Assembly: GCA_007121075.1 (NCBI GenBank)
Contig: SKMK01000020.1
Location: 59,647 to 123,646 of the forward strand
Reading direction: 5' to 3'
Source of the DNA: Syntrophomonadaceae bacterium
Lineage (GTDB): Bacteria > Bacillota > Dethiobacteria > DTU022
Length of the DNA stretch: 64,000 nucleotides
A program made the translations under genes and the position numbers. Position 1 is the first letter of the stretch. Each line of letters starts with the position of its first letter. This document shows, one piece after another, positions 20,431-29,200 of this stretch. The notes beneath the pieces were generated by a model, which was given only the letters and a program-made list of their open reading frames with translations, did not search any database and was not told where the DNA came from.

Positions 20431-21210
20431 ATGCGCATATTATTTATTGGCGATATTGTCGGGAACCCGGGGAGGAATTGCCTGCAAAAGATACTACCAA
20501 AAATGATTAACGAAAATAAGTATGACCTGATTATCGCCAATGGTGAAAATGCCGCCGGCGGAACCGGAATAACAGAGAAAGTTTTTTATGAGCTAAGAGA
20601 GACAGGAGTTGATGTTTTAACAGGCGGTAACCATATCTGGGATAAAAAAGACGTATTCAATTTTATCGATTATGAACCGGGGCTGATCAGACCTTTAAAT
20701 TACCCGCCTGCCACCACCCCCGGTAAAGGTTACGCTGTAATTGAACGAAACGGGATAAAAACGGCGGTAATTAATTTGATAGGCAGGATTTTCATGGATG
20801 CCGTCGACTGCCCTTTCAGGGCCGTTGAAGCGATAATGCCCGAATTGAAAGAACAGGCCTCGATCGTAATTGTGGATATGCATGCCGAAGCCACCTCGGA
20901 AAAACAGGCCATGGGCTGGTTTTTAAACGGCAAAGCCAGTGCAGTAATTGGAACCCACAGCCATGTTCAGACTGCCGATGAAAGAATCCTGCCGGGTAAA
21001 ACTGCCTATATTACGGACGTGGGCATGGCCGGCCTTTATGATTCCATACTGGGAGTAGACAGGGAGGGGCCCTTGAAACGGTTTTTGACCCAGCTTCCCC
21101 ACAAGCTGGAAATATCTAAGGGAAGAGAGGCTTTTAATGCTGTAGACATTGAAATTGACGATAACAGCGGAGAAGCGTTATCCATAAGGCGAGTATGCAA
21201 ATTAACATAA
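20431..21210 (+). CDS. ymdB: YmdB-family metallophosphoesterase (2',3'-cyclic-nucleotide 2'-phosphodiesterase, TIGR00282)
   Basis: MRILFIGDIVGNPGR N-terminus and calcineurin-like motifs. Conserved position downstream of rny. Confidence 0.85.
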   Translation: MRILFIGDIVGNPGRNCLQKILPKMINENKYDLIIANGENAAGGTGITEKVFYELRETGVDVLTGGNHIWDKKDVFNFIDYEPGLIRPLNYPPATTPGKGYAVIERNGIKTAVINLIGRIFMDAVDCPFRAVEAIMPELKEQASIVIVDMHAEATSEKQAMGWFLNGKASAVIGTHSHVQTADERILPGKTAYITDVGMAGLYDSILGVDREGPLKRFLTQLPHKLEISKGREAFNAVDIEIDDNSGEALSIRRVCKLT

Positions 21211-21302
21211 AAATTATATCAAATTATTCATATAATTCTGGCAGGAAATTTTTATCTAAAGTCGAATAATAAAAATAAATCCGCAAAGGAGGATCACAAC
21301 AA

Positions 21303-21563
21303 ATGGAAGTATTAAAAGTCTCAGCAAAGTCTAATCCCAATTCAGTAGCAGGAGCGCTGGCAGGAGTACTTAGAGAAAGAGGAGCAGCAGAAGTCCAGAC
21401 TATTGGAGCTGGAGCTCTCAACCAGGCTGTAAAAGCAGTAGCAATTGCCCGGGGTTTTGTCGCACCGGGAGGAATCGACCTGATTTGCATTCCGGCCTTT
21501 ACGGATATCGAGATTGACGGGGAGGAGCGCACTGCAATCAAATTGATCATCGAACCTCGCTGA
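21303..21563 (+). CDS. spoVS: stage V sporulation protein S
   Basis: 86 aa. MEVLKVSAKSNPNSVAGALAGVLRE... is highly conserved SpoVS. The rny-ymdB-spoVS synteny is intact. Confidence 0.9.
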   Translation: MEVLKVSAKSNPNSVAGALAGVLRERGAAEVQTIGAGALNQAVKAVAIARGFVAPGGIDLICIPAFTDIEIDGEERTAIKLIIEPR

Positions 21564-21602
21564 AGTGTGGGGCAACCAAATCAGCCTGCTCTATTGCACC
21601 AA

Positions 21603-21642
21603 ACACCCTTTTGGTACAAACATTCTTAAGGGTGTTTTTTTG
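21603..21642 (+). terminator. terminator after spoVS
   Basis: ACACCCTT...AAGGGTGT stem followed by TTTTTTT. Confidence 0.55.
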
Positions 21643-21700
21643 TGTTTATTGAAGCTGTAGCTGGTATAATATAGAAAGTAAAATCAAATCTTAATGAAAA

Positions 21701-22543
21701 ATGAAAGCAGGCAATATGTACACCGAAAAACTAGTTGATCTCCACATGCACAGCAACGCTTCAGACGGCATTAACAGTCCTACGGAGCTGTTAAAAATGG
21801 CCGATAGAGCCGGACTGTCCGCTGTCGGGCTGACCGATCACGATACGGTGAAAGGCTTGCCGGAAGCATTCAAGGCGGCGGAACAATGCAACCTGGAACT
21901 TGTTCCCGGCGTAGAGATCAGTGTTATGGAGGATAAAAAGGAAATTCACATCCTGGGCTATTATCCCCGCGACAGGGAAAGATTGAATGCGGATCTCGAG
22001 GATATCCGGGCAGAACGGTACAGGCGCATGGGTAAAATTGTTGATAAATTAAAGAAGCTGGGGTTTAAGGTTAAACTTGAAGAAGTATTGGCCAAAGCCG
22101 GTGATTCTGCTCCGGGCAGGCTTCATTTAGCCAGGATCATGCTGCAAAAAAAATATGTCCATTCCATAAACGAAGCTTTTTCGCTTTACCTTAACCCTGA
22201 TCGGGGAGCTCACGTACCAAGGCGGCTTTTGACTTTAAAAAGAGCCATGGAGCTGCTAACCGGGGTCAGATCAGTCAGGGTCATTGCCCATCCCGGTGCA
22301 CTGGGAAAAGACATTATTGAGCGACTCATGCCCCTGGGGTTGCAGGGAATAGAAGTTTTCCATCCTGACCACAGCGCAGCCCAAATAAAGTTCTATTATG
22401 AAATGGCCATTGAAAAAGGTCTCCTGGTAACCGGTGGCTCAGATTATCACGGCGACAGGGAGCGTACATCCGGGTATCCAACCCGCCTGGCTATAGAAGG
22501 CCAGTACCTGGACAGGCTAAAAGAGGCTGCTTCAAAAACTTAA
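21701..22543 (+). CDS. PHP-domain phosphoesterase (TrpH/YcdX-like)
   Basis: HMHSNASDG and further His/Asp metal ligands typical of the PHP family. Confidence 0.75.
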   Translation: MKAGNMYTEKLVDLHMHSNASDGINSPTELLKMADRAGLSAVGLTDHDTVKGLPEAFKAAEQCNLELVPGVEISVMEDKKEIHILGYYPRDRERLNADLEDIRAERYRRMGKIVDKLKKLGFKVKLEEVLAKAGDSAPGRLHLARIMLQKKYVHSINEAFSLYLNPDRGAHVPRRLLTLKRAMELLTGVRSVRVIAHPGALGKDIIERLMPLGLQGIEVFHPDHSAAQIKFYYEMAIEKGLLVTGGSDYHGDRERTSGYPTRLAIEGQYLDRLKEAASKT

Positions 22544-22558
22544 AGCCTCTTATCCAGA

Positions 22559-23035
22559 TTATCCAAAAAGTTTGCCGGATAAGGTGGCGACCCTGATTCC
22601 TACCTGCCGACATTCCTCTCTGGCTTCCTCATCGGGGGCATTGATGGAAACGGCCCCGTAATGATTTTTCTTGGTTTTGCCCTGGATGATCATACCGTGG
22701 ACAAGCATCATTTGAAGAATACTCATAACCGTCGTTTCATTGCCTCCGCCCAGGGCCATGGCGCTGGCAAAAGCTCCGCCTACTTTTCCTTCCAGCTTGC
22801 CGTGGTGTTTGACGCTGCGATCAAAAAAGTCCTTCATTTCACCGGCAACTATGCCGTAATAAGTTGGCGAACCGGCAATGATGCCGTCGTATTCCAGCAG
22901 TTCTTTGGGCTCACATTCTTTTACATCTTTCAGAGTAACTTCTCCTCCACCGTTCCTGGCGCCTTTAGCAACTGCTTCGGCCATTTTCCTGGTGTTTCCA
23001 CTTCTGCTGTAATAGATTACCAAAATTTTTGCCAT
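22559..23035 (-). CDS. flavodoxin-like NAD(P)H-dependent FMN reductase family protein
   Basis: ILVIYYSRSGNTRKMAE flavodoxin-like FMN-binding N-terminus and a GSPTYYG motif. 158 aa. Confidence 0.7.
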   Translation of the reverse strand: MAKILVIYYSRSGNTRKMAEAVAKGARNGGGEVTLKDVKECEPKELLEYDGIIAGSPTYYGIVAGEMKDFFDRSVKHHGKLEGKVGGAFASAMALGGGNETTVMSILQMMLVHGMIIQGKTKKNHYGAVSINAPDEEAREECRQVGIRVATLSGKLFG

Positions 23036-23219
23036 TTTATTCCCGCTTGATGCGCTTTGCCTCCTTATATATTAATATGAAACTGGCATAATTATGGATC
23101 ATATTGTTTATTAATGCAAATTGTAAAATCCTGTTCATATAATAACAGCCGACCCTGAATGTTTTGTAAACCCAATTGCTTTTAAGGCTATTATTCCCTC
23201 TTGTTGCCGGTTTCTTGCG

Positions 23220-23248
23220 TTTACATCCCTATAAGAAAGTGCTACAAT
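23220..23248 (+). promoter_or_regulatory. candidate promoter for the decarboxylase membrane-subunit operon (TTTACA-17-TACAAT, TG-extended)
   Basis: -35 at 23220-23225 and -10 at 23243-23248, preceded by TG. Confidence 0.4.
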
Positions 23249-23290
23249 ATAGAATATGCTCAGACGGAGAAATGGAGGTAAACGTACTGA

Positions 23291-23692
23291 ATGGAAAACC
23301 TAGACTTTGCACTACAGGTCCTTGTCCTCGGCTTTTTAGTTGTTATGGTTACCCTCTTCGGTCTTTATGGAATTCTAATTTTATTTAACCGGCTTTTATA
23401 CCAACCTGCCGCTGCGCCTGTTGAGTCTAAACCCGCAGCAGCACCACAGCCTTCCCAGGCAGAAAGTGAATCTGAAGAAAACGGGCGCGTAGTTGCAGCC
23501 ATCCAGGCTGCCGTATACCAGTATCTGCAAACTGAGCATGTCAAGCCTTTCAGTGGCCCTTTAAGTATTGCCGTTCAACCTTCTGGCGGCGTCAGGGGCG
23601 GCGGCTGGAAATATGTTGGCCGTAAAGAACTGCTTGAAAGCAGTTTAGAGGTAGAAAATATTAGGAGGAAGAAAAAACGTGAAAACATTTAA
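23291..23692 (+). CDS. Na+-translocating decarboxylase small membrane anchor subunit (OadG/MmdD/GcdD-like)
   Basis: N-terminal single TM helix with the OAD_gamma signature (LQVLVLGFLVVMVTLFGLYGILILF), followed by an Ala/Pro-rich hydrophilic region. Confidence 0.6.
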   Translation: MENLDFALQVLVLGFLVVMVTLFGLYGILILFNRLLYQPAAAPVESKPAAAPQPSQAESESEENGRVVAAIQAAVYQYLQTEHVKPFSGPLSIAVQPSGGVRGGGWKYVGRKELLESSLEVENIRRKKKRENI

Positions 23693-24104
23693 GGTAACTG
23701 TAGACAATCAAACCTATACCGTAAAAGTGGAAGAAGTGTCGGAGAGCTCGAACCAGGAAGCCAAAAATACCGGCAGTAATCAAGGGTCACAGGCTGTTGC
23801 TGAAAGCCCTTCACCATCCCCGCAGAAAGAAGCACCACCAGCTGAGCAAAAACAGGAAGAAGCTCCCAAACCGGCACCGTCGACGGGCGAAGGCTATAGT
23901 TTAAAAGCGCCGATGCCCGGTTCGGTTCTGGAGGTAAAAGCAAGTGAAGGAGATTCAGTAAAAGAAGGGGACGTGCTGCTGGTTCTGGAAGCCATGAAAA
24001 TGGAAAATGAACTTACCGCTTCACAGCCGGGTACCGTATCTCAGATCCTGGTTAAAAAAGGCGACTCGGTTAATAGTGGAGACCCCTTGGTTGTGCTGTC
24101 TTAA
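23679..24104 (+). CDS. biotin carboxyl carrier subunit of a Na+-pumping decarboxylase (MmdC/GcdC-like)
   Basis: Pro/Ala-rich linker and a biotinyl domain with the EAMKMENEL biotinylation motif. Confidence 0.8.
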   Translation: MKTFKVTVDNQTYTVKVEEVSESSNQEAKNTGSNQGSQAVAESPSPSPQKEAPPAEQKQEEAPKPAPSTGEGYSLKAPMPGSVLEVKASEGDSVKEGDVLLVLEAMKMENELTASQPGTVSQILVKKGDSVNSGDPLVVLS

Positions 24105-24156
24105 AGAAACTATTTACAAGAGACTATCCGATGAACTTGAAAGGGGTTAAGCCAAG

Positions 24157-25287
24157 ATGACGGAATTATTGATTGAGTTTTTACAGAGCACTGGCTATTA
24201 TAACCTGCAACTAAACGAAATAATAATGATTGTAATAGCCTGTATCCTGCTTTACCTGGGGATAGCGAAGAAGTACGAGCCCCTGCTGCTGGTCCCGATT
24301 GCCTTCGGTGTCCTGCTGGTAAATTTGCCGCTGGGCGACCTGATGGATCCAGGTTCCACCGGTGATGTAGGCGGGCTGTTTTATTATTTGTCACTCGGTT
24401 TGGATCTGGGTATTTATCCACCTTTAATTTTCCTGGGTGTTGGAGCAATGACCGATTTCGGGCCCCTTATTGCCAATCCAATCACCTTGCTGCTCGGTGC
24501 AGCAGCCCAATTTGGGATCTTCCTGACTTTTTTGGGAGCAATGTTCCTGGGTTTTACAGCACCTGAAGCGGGCGCCATCGGTATAATCGGTGGAGCGGAC
24601 GGTCCGACAGCGATTTTTATAGCCAGCCGATTGGCTCCTGAACTGCTGGGCTCAATAGCCATAGCCGCCTATTCTTATATGGCCCTGGTGCCGATTATCC
24701 AGCCCCCAATCATGAAGTTGTTTACCAACAAAAAAGAGCGTCAGGTAATAATGGAACAACTGCGACCGGTGTCCCAAAAGGAAAAGATATTATTCCCGAT
24801 TATTGTGATCCTTTTAACCGGTTTGCTGCTTCCCGCCGCCTTACCTCTTTTGGGCATGCTGATGTTCGGCAACCTGATCAGGGAAACCGGAGTGACCGAG
24901 CGGCTGAGCAAGGGAGCTCAAAACGAACTGAACAATATCGTGGTTATATTTCTGGGCCTGACTGTCGGGGCCAAGGCTTCCGCTGTTTACTTTTTAACAC
25001 CGGATACGCTAAAAATTATTATGCTCGGACTGGGCGCGTTTGCTTTCGGGACCGCCACCGGCGTCCTGATGGGCAAACTGCTTTATTATGTAACCGGTGG
25101 TAAAATTAACCCCCTGATCGGTTCAGCCGGGGTCTCCGCCGTTCCCATGGCAGCCAGGGTTTCTCAGTTTGTAGGCAAGGAAGAAAACCCGAACAATTAC
25201 CTGCTTATGCATGCCATGGGCCCGAATGTGGCCGGAGTAATCGGTTCTGCTGTAGCAGCAGGAATCCTGCTTTCTATTCTCGGATAA
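24157..25287 (+). CDS. Na+-translocating decarboxylase beta subunit (OadB/MmdB/GcdB family)
   Basis: 376 aa polytopic membrane protein with the conserved OadB-family layout. Confidence 0.85.
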   Translation: MTELLIEFLQSTGYYNLQLNEIIMIVIACILLYLGIAKKYEPLLLVPIAFGVLLVNLPLGDLMDPGSTGDVGGLFYYLSLGLDLGIYPPLIFLGVGAMTDFGPLIANPITLLLGAAAQFGIFLTFLGAMFLGFTAPEAGAIGIIGGADGPTAIFIASRLAPELLGSIAIAAYSYMALVPIIQPPIMKLFTNKKERQVIMEQLRPVSQKEKILFPIIVILLTGLLLPAALPLLGMLMFGNLIRETGVTERLSKGAQNELNNIVVIFLGLTVGAKASAVYFLTPDTLKIIMLGLGAFAFGTATGVLMGKLLYYVTGGKINPLIGSAGVSAVPMAARVSQFVGKEENPNNYLLMHAMGPNVAGVIGSAVAAGILLSILG

Positions 25288-25356
25288 CAGGCTTAGAATT
25301 TCCTTTGACCAGATACTTTAAACTGCATGAAACCGGATTTGGAATGAGGTGTTAAC

Positions 25357-26817
25357 TTGTCAGGGGTAAGAGTAAGGTTTGCTCCAAGCCCGACTGGAGA
25401 ACTGCATATCGGCGGAGCCAGGACGGCCCTGTTTAATTACCTGTTTGCCTGCAGTGAGGGCGGTAAGTTTGTGCTCCGCATCGACGATACAGATCTTGAA
25501 AGGTCGCGTTCCGATTACATTGATAAATTGATCGCTTCCATGCGCTGGCTGGGCCTGGAATGGGATGAAGGACCTTATTACCAGTCCAGAAGACTGGACA
25601 AATATACCGGGGAAGCTGAACGGCTGCTTGCAGAAAATAAAGCATACCGCTGTTACTGCAGCGCTGAAATGCTGACGGAAGGGCGTTCCGAAGCCCGCAA
25701 GGAAAGCAAGGCTTACCTCTACCCCGGCACCTGCCGGGAGCTGACCGCGGAGCAGGAAGAAGCTTTTCAGAAAGAGGGCAGGGTGCCGGTAATCAGGCTT
25801 TTGACTCCCGATCAGGGCAATACGGTGGTCCGGGATGAAATTAGGGGAGAGGTAAGTTTTGAACACGCCAATCTAGACGATTTCATTATTATTAAATCCA
25901 ACGGGCTGCCCACCTATAACTTTGCCAGCATGGTAGACGATTTGCAAATGGATATTACCCATGTAATCCGGGCCGAAGAGCACCTTTCCAACACTCCCCG
26001 CCAGCAGCTCTGTGCCCTTGCCTTAGGTTATGAATTGCCTAAGTTTGCCCATGTGCCCATGATCCTGGCCCCCGATCGCAGCAAACTCAGCAAGAGACAT
26101 GGCGCCACATCGGTGGAAGAATTCTATTCTGAAGGTTACCTCCCGGAAGCGCTGGTCAATTATATGGCCTTGCTGGGCTGGTCTCCGGGTGCCGGGGGAG
26201 AAGAAGAAATTTTTTCCCTGGATGAAATGGTAAACCGGTTTGATTTATACAAGGTGACCAAAACAGCGGCTGTTTATGATGTAACCAAGCTGAGCTGGAT
26301 GAACAGCCACTATATGCGGGAATATGACCTAAACAGGCTGACCGCGGCGGCAGTACCATTTTTTGAACAAAAAGGTTTGGTTGAGGCGCCATTAAACAAT
26401 GAAGAATACAATTACTTAAAGCAGGTTATCGCAGCGGTCAGGGAAAGGGCCAAGACACTGGTAGAAATGGCCGATATCTCCACCTATTTCTATCATGACC
26501 GCTTTGAATATGATCAGAAGGGGGTCCAGAAGCATTTCTATAAAGAAAATGCGGCCCAACATATCCTGAAGGCGGCAGAGGAATTACAAAAGCTTGAACC
26601 TTACGAAAAGGAATCAATTGAGAACCTGTACCGGACTTTGAGTGAAGAACTCGGCATATCCACCGGCCGCCTCATACATCCGACCCGCCTGGCAATTACC
26701 GGCCGTACAGCCGGGCCTGGCCTTTTTGAGATCATGGCCCTGCTGAGCCGGGAAAGGACTGTTGAAAGGCTGAAGAAGGCGGCCGACTATATCGAAAATA
26801 GCCTGCCGGAGAAGTAG
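25357..26817 (+). CDS. gltX: glutamate--tRNA ligase
   Basis: HIGH-class motif (HIGGAR) and KMSKS-class motif (KLSKR). 486 aa. TTG start. Confidence 0.9.
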   Translation: MSGVRVRFAPSPTGELHIGGARTALFNYLFACSEGGKFVLRIDDTDLERSRSDYIDKLIASMRWLGLEWDEGPYYQSRRLDKYTGEAERLLAENKAYRCYCSAEMLTEGRSEARKESKAYLYPGTCRELTAEQEEAFQKEGRVPVIRLLTPDQGNTVVRDEIRGEVSFEHANLDDFIIIKSNGLPTYNFASMVDDLQMDITHVIRAEEHLSNTPRQQLCALALGYELPKFAHVPMILAPDRSKLSKRHGATSVEEFYSEGYLPEALVNYMALLGWSPGAGGEEEIFSLDEMVNRFDLYKVTKTAAVYDVTKLSWMNSHYMREYDLNRLTAAAVPFFEQKGLVEAPLNNEEYNYLKQVIAAVRERAKTLVEMADISTYFYHDRFEYDQKGVQKHFYKENAAQHILKAAEELQKLEPYEKESIENLYRTLSEELGISTGRLIHPTRLAITGRTAGPGLFEIMALLSRERTVERLKKAADYIENSLPEK

Positions 26818-26862
26818 GTGCACCAAGGATTTAAGGCTAACAGGATTTAAGGCTATTTATTT

Positions 26863-26990
26863 TTTTTCCCCGTATGCTGTTTCTGTTTTTCTCTTTCTTG
26901 CTCCTCTTTAATTTGATAGCCTCTTTTAAGCATAATAACGAGCATAAAAAAAATACCGATCAGGATAATACCGGATATTAACTGCCACAT
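26863..26990 (-). CDS. small single-TM peptide (42 aa), hypothetical
   Basis: ATG at 26990 is preceded by GGAGG with a 9-nt spacer. The product is MWQLISGIILIGIFFMLVIMLKRGYQIKEEQERKQKQHTGKKNK, a hydrophobic helix plus basic tail. It is too short for the ORF track and has no homology support. Confidence 0.25.
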
Positions 26991-27203
26991 AAATTTATGC
27001 CTCCCCGAATTAGTTATTAATAAAGCCCGCTGTTAGCACTGCCAACGGCGGGTTTTTAAATCCACTCGATTATATTTGATTCAAAGTATTACAATCACAA
27101 CAGGATCATATTTTAGAACCTGCCGGTTGTCAAGGGCCGTTAGGGGGCATATATCAGACCTGATAACCGTTGTGCAGCATTGTAAACAACCGGTAAATAA
27201 CCC

Positions 27204-27232
27204 TTGACAGCTTAATCTTAAATAAGTATTAT
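27204..27232 (+). promoter_or_regulatory. candidate promoter (TTGACA-17-TATTAT) for the 108-aa hypothetical gene
   Basis: Consensus -35 and a good -10 in the AT-rich region upstream of 27281. Confidence 0.4.
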
Positions 27233-27280
27233 ATAATTATCAATACTAATAATGGTTATTAATATTAACCTTAATTAACC

Positions 27281-27607
27281 TTGCCAAGAAAGCGGGTAAG
27301 AAGGATGGTTATTGACCCCGGAGAAAAATGGGAAGAAGTAAAAGGAAACATTATAGCAGCTTATAACCGGCATCCATTTATAAAAGCGCTGGCTGAATAT
27401 GCTGCCGAAAACGGCAGGGAAGCCTGCAAGGATCTATACGACGGGCTGTATGCCAAACCTTTTAGTAATTATGGTTTCAAAGCCAGGTTAATGTCAAGCA
27501 AACTGGAACACCTTTCACCCCATTCTGTCCCTGGGACACGGTTAATTCTGGGCGTTTGCAGCAGCCATAACAGTGGCAAAGAAATCTTCCATAACCGCAA
27601 AAGCTAA
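27281..27607 (+). CDS. hypothetical protein (108 aa)
   Basis: ORF with an upstream promoter and a downstream bidirectional terminator. The start codon is unclear (TTG 27281 or ATG 27308). No family recognised. Confidence 0.4.
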   Translation: MPRKRVRRMVIDPGEKWEEVKGNIIAAYNRHPFIKALAEYAAENGREACKDLYDGLYAKPFSNYGFKARLMSSKLEHLSPHSVPGTRLILGVCSSHNSGKEIFHNRKS

Positions 27608-27854
27608 AAACTATGGCCCTGGGCTTTATATAAGCAGGTCAGCAGCAGCTCTTACTGATCTTGGAAGCGGGAAAAATACGTCTTAACCGCAATGAAGCTG
27701 ACGCTCCACAGGGCCAGGTGCAGGCTAACCCAAATCCAGATGTTTACCCCCGGGTACATCCGGGACAGCATAAGGATAATTACCAGGAAAAACAGGGCCA
27801 AAAACCAGCTTAAAATAAAACAACCCCCCACCCGCGGAGCAGGTATTAAAATAA

Positions 27855-27884
27855 CCCCCGTAAGCCATCTGGCCGGGGGTTTTC
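27855..27884. terminator. bidirectional terminator between the hypothetical gene (+) and tRNA-Gln (-)
   Basis: CCCCCG...CGGGGG stem with T-runs on both strands. Confidence 0.5.
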
Positions 27885-27887
27885 GCG

Positions 27888-27961
27888 TGGCTGCGGGACC
27901 AGGGATCGAACCTGGGCCTGGTGATCCAGAGTCACCCGTGCTGCCGCTACACCATCCCGCA
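27888..27961 (-). tRNA. tRNA-Gln (anticodon CUG), CCA encoded
   Basis: Manual fold of the minus-strand sequence TGCGGGA-TG-GTGT-AGCGGCA-GCAC-G-GGTGA-CTCTGGA-TCACC-AGGC-CCAGG-TTCGATC-CCTGG-TCCCGCA-G-CCA. It has a perfect 7-bp acceptor stem with U1:A72, G73, a 5-bp anticodon stem and a T-loop TTCGATC. The plus-strand ORF 27692-27979 over it is spurious. Confidence 0.7.
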
Positions 27962-27997
27962 CCGCATTATCCATTATAACTATTTAAGCAGGCGTGA

Positions 27998-29176
27998 TCA
28001 ACCGGTAAAAAAGCTGTACCGGGGAGCATAAGCTTTTTGATCGATCAGTTCCTGGTAAACTTCCAGCATTTTTTCGGCACAATGTGATGAAGAAATATAT
28101 GATACATTATTGTAGGCCTGTTTTCTCATCTGATCGTATAATTCCCTGTTTTCCAGCAGATCCAGGATGGCAGTGGTAAAAGAAGAGAGGGAAGGGTCGG
28201 TTAAAAAGCCGTCTTCGCCGTGATTAACTATTTCTGCCGGCCCAAAAGCGCGAATGGCAACTACCGGCAGGCCGGCGGCCTTGGCTTCCCCGATCACCAG
28301 GCCCTGGGTTTCTGTAACCGACGGGAAAACAAACAGGTCTGAGCTGGCATAGCAGTGGACTATTTTTTGGCGGGGCAGGACTCCGGTAAAAGTAACCTTA
28401 TCCTGGATCCCCAACTCCCGGGTCATCCTGCGCAGCGCATTTTCCTGGGGGCCTTTGCCGACCATGACCAGGCGGCAGTTAGGATACCTGGATTGCACGG
28501 TATGAAAGGCTTTGATCAGGAAGTTAACATTCTTTTCCTGGCCCAGGCGTCCTACAAACAGGAGAACTTTTTCATCAGGGTTTACGCCGTAATTTTCTTT
28601 CAGCCAGTTGGGGTTTAAATCGGTAAATTCCTCTAAATCGACCCCGGTGGGAATATTGACAATCGAGGTTTTGACCCCAATCCTTTGAAGGTAGCTAACA
28701 ATCATCTGGGAAGGCGCAATTACTTTATTACAGCGGTTGCAGAAATTGCGGCTGACTCTCTGGACAAATTGCTTTGAAGCCTGCCGGGCAAAAGGAAAGT
28801 AATGGACGTATTGATCATAAAGGGTATGGAAAGTGAAAATCAGGGGCAGCTTGTAACGCCGGGCAGCTCGAGCACCCATTCTGCCCAGCAGAAAAGGGGA
28901 ATGGCTGTGAATTATGTCCAACCCGAGGTGCTTTATAGTTTTTCCCAGCTGGGCTGATATGGGAATGGGCAGGGCAAAATCAGGCATGGTCGGGGCCGGC
29001 ACAGAAATAAAACGAAAAACACCTTCTTCTTTTGGCGATTGAAGAAGGGGGTAGTCGGGGCCGAATATATAAACTTCATGACCGCGGTTGCAGAATTCGC
29101 GCGAAAACAGTTCAATCGACCTGACCACGCCGCTGGTATAGGGGCGGAAGCTGTCCGTGAATATGCCTATTTTCAA
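27998..29176 (-). CDS. glycosyltransferase family 4 (GT-B, glycosyl transferase group 1)
   Basis: GT4 N-terminal domain and a C-terminal E-x7-E-like motif region (VFPSVTETQGLVIGEAKAAGLPVV). Confidence 0.8.
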   Translation of the reverse strand: MKIGIFTDSFRPYTSGVVRSIELFSREFCNRGHEVYIFGPDYPLLQSPKEEGVFRFISVPAPTMPDFALPIPISAQLGKTIKHLGLDIIHSHSPFLLGRMGARAARRYKLPLIFTFHTLYDQYVHYFPFARQASKQFVQRVSRNFCNRCNKVIAPSQMIVSYLQRIGVKTSIVNIPTGVDLEEFTDLNPNWLKENYGVNPDEKVLLFVGRLGQEKNVNFLIKAFHTVQSRYPNCRLVMVGKGPQENALRRMTRELGIQDKVTFTGVLPRQKIVHCYASSDLFVFPSVTETQGLVIGEAKAAGLPVVAIRAFGPAEIVNHGEDGFLTDPSLSSFTTAILDLLENRELYDQMRKQAYNNVSYISSSHCAEKMLEVYQELIDQKAYAPRYSFFTG

Positions 29177-29200
29177 GTTATTAAGCCCTCCCTGGTTTTA

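Noticed and set aside
27692-27979. 95-aa plus-strand ORF
   Set aside because: It overlaps the well-folded minus-strand tRNA-Gln and the bidirectional terminator, and there is no RBS. It is spurious.
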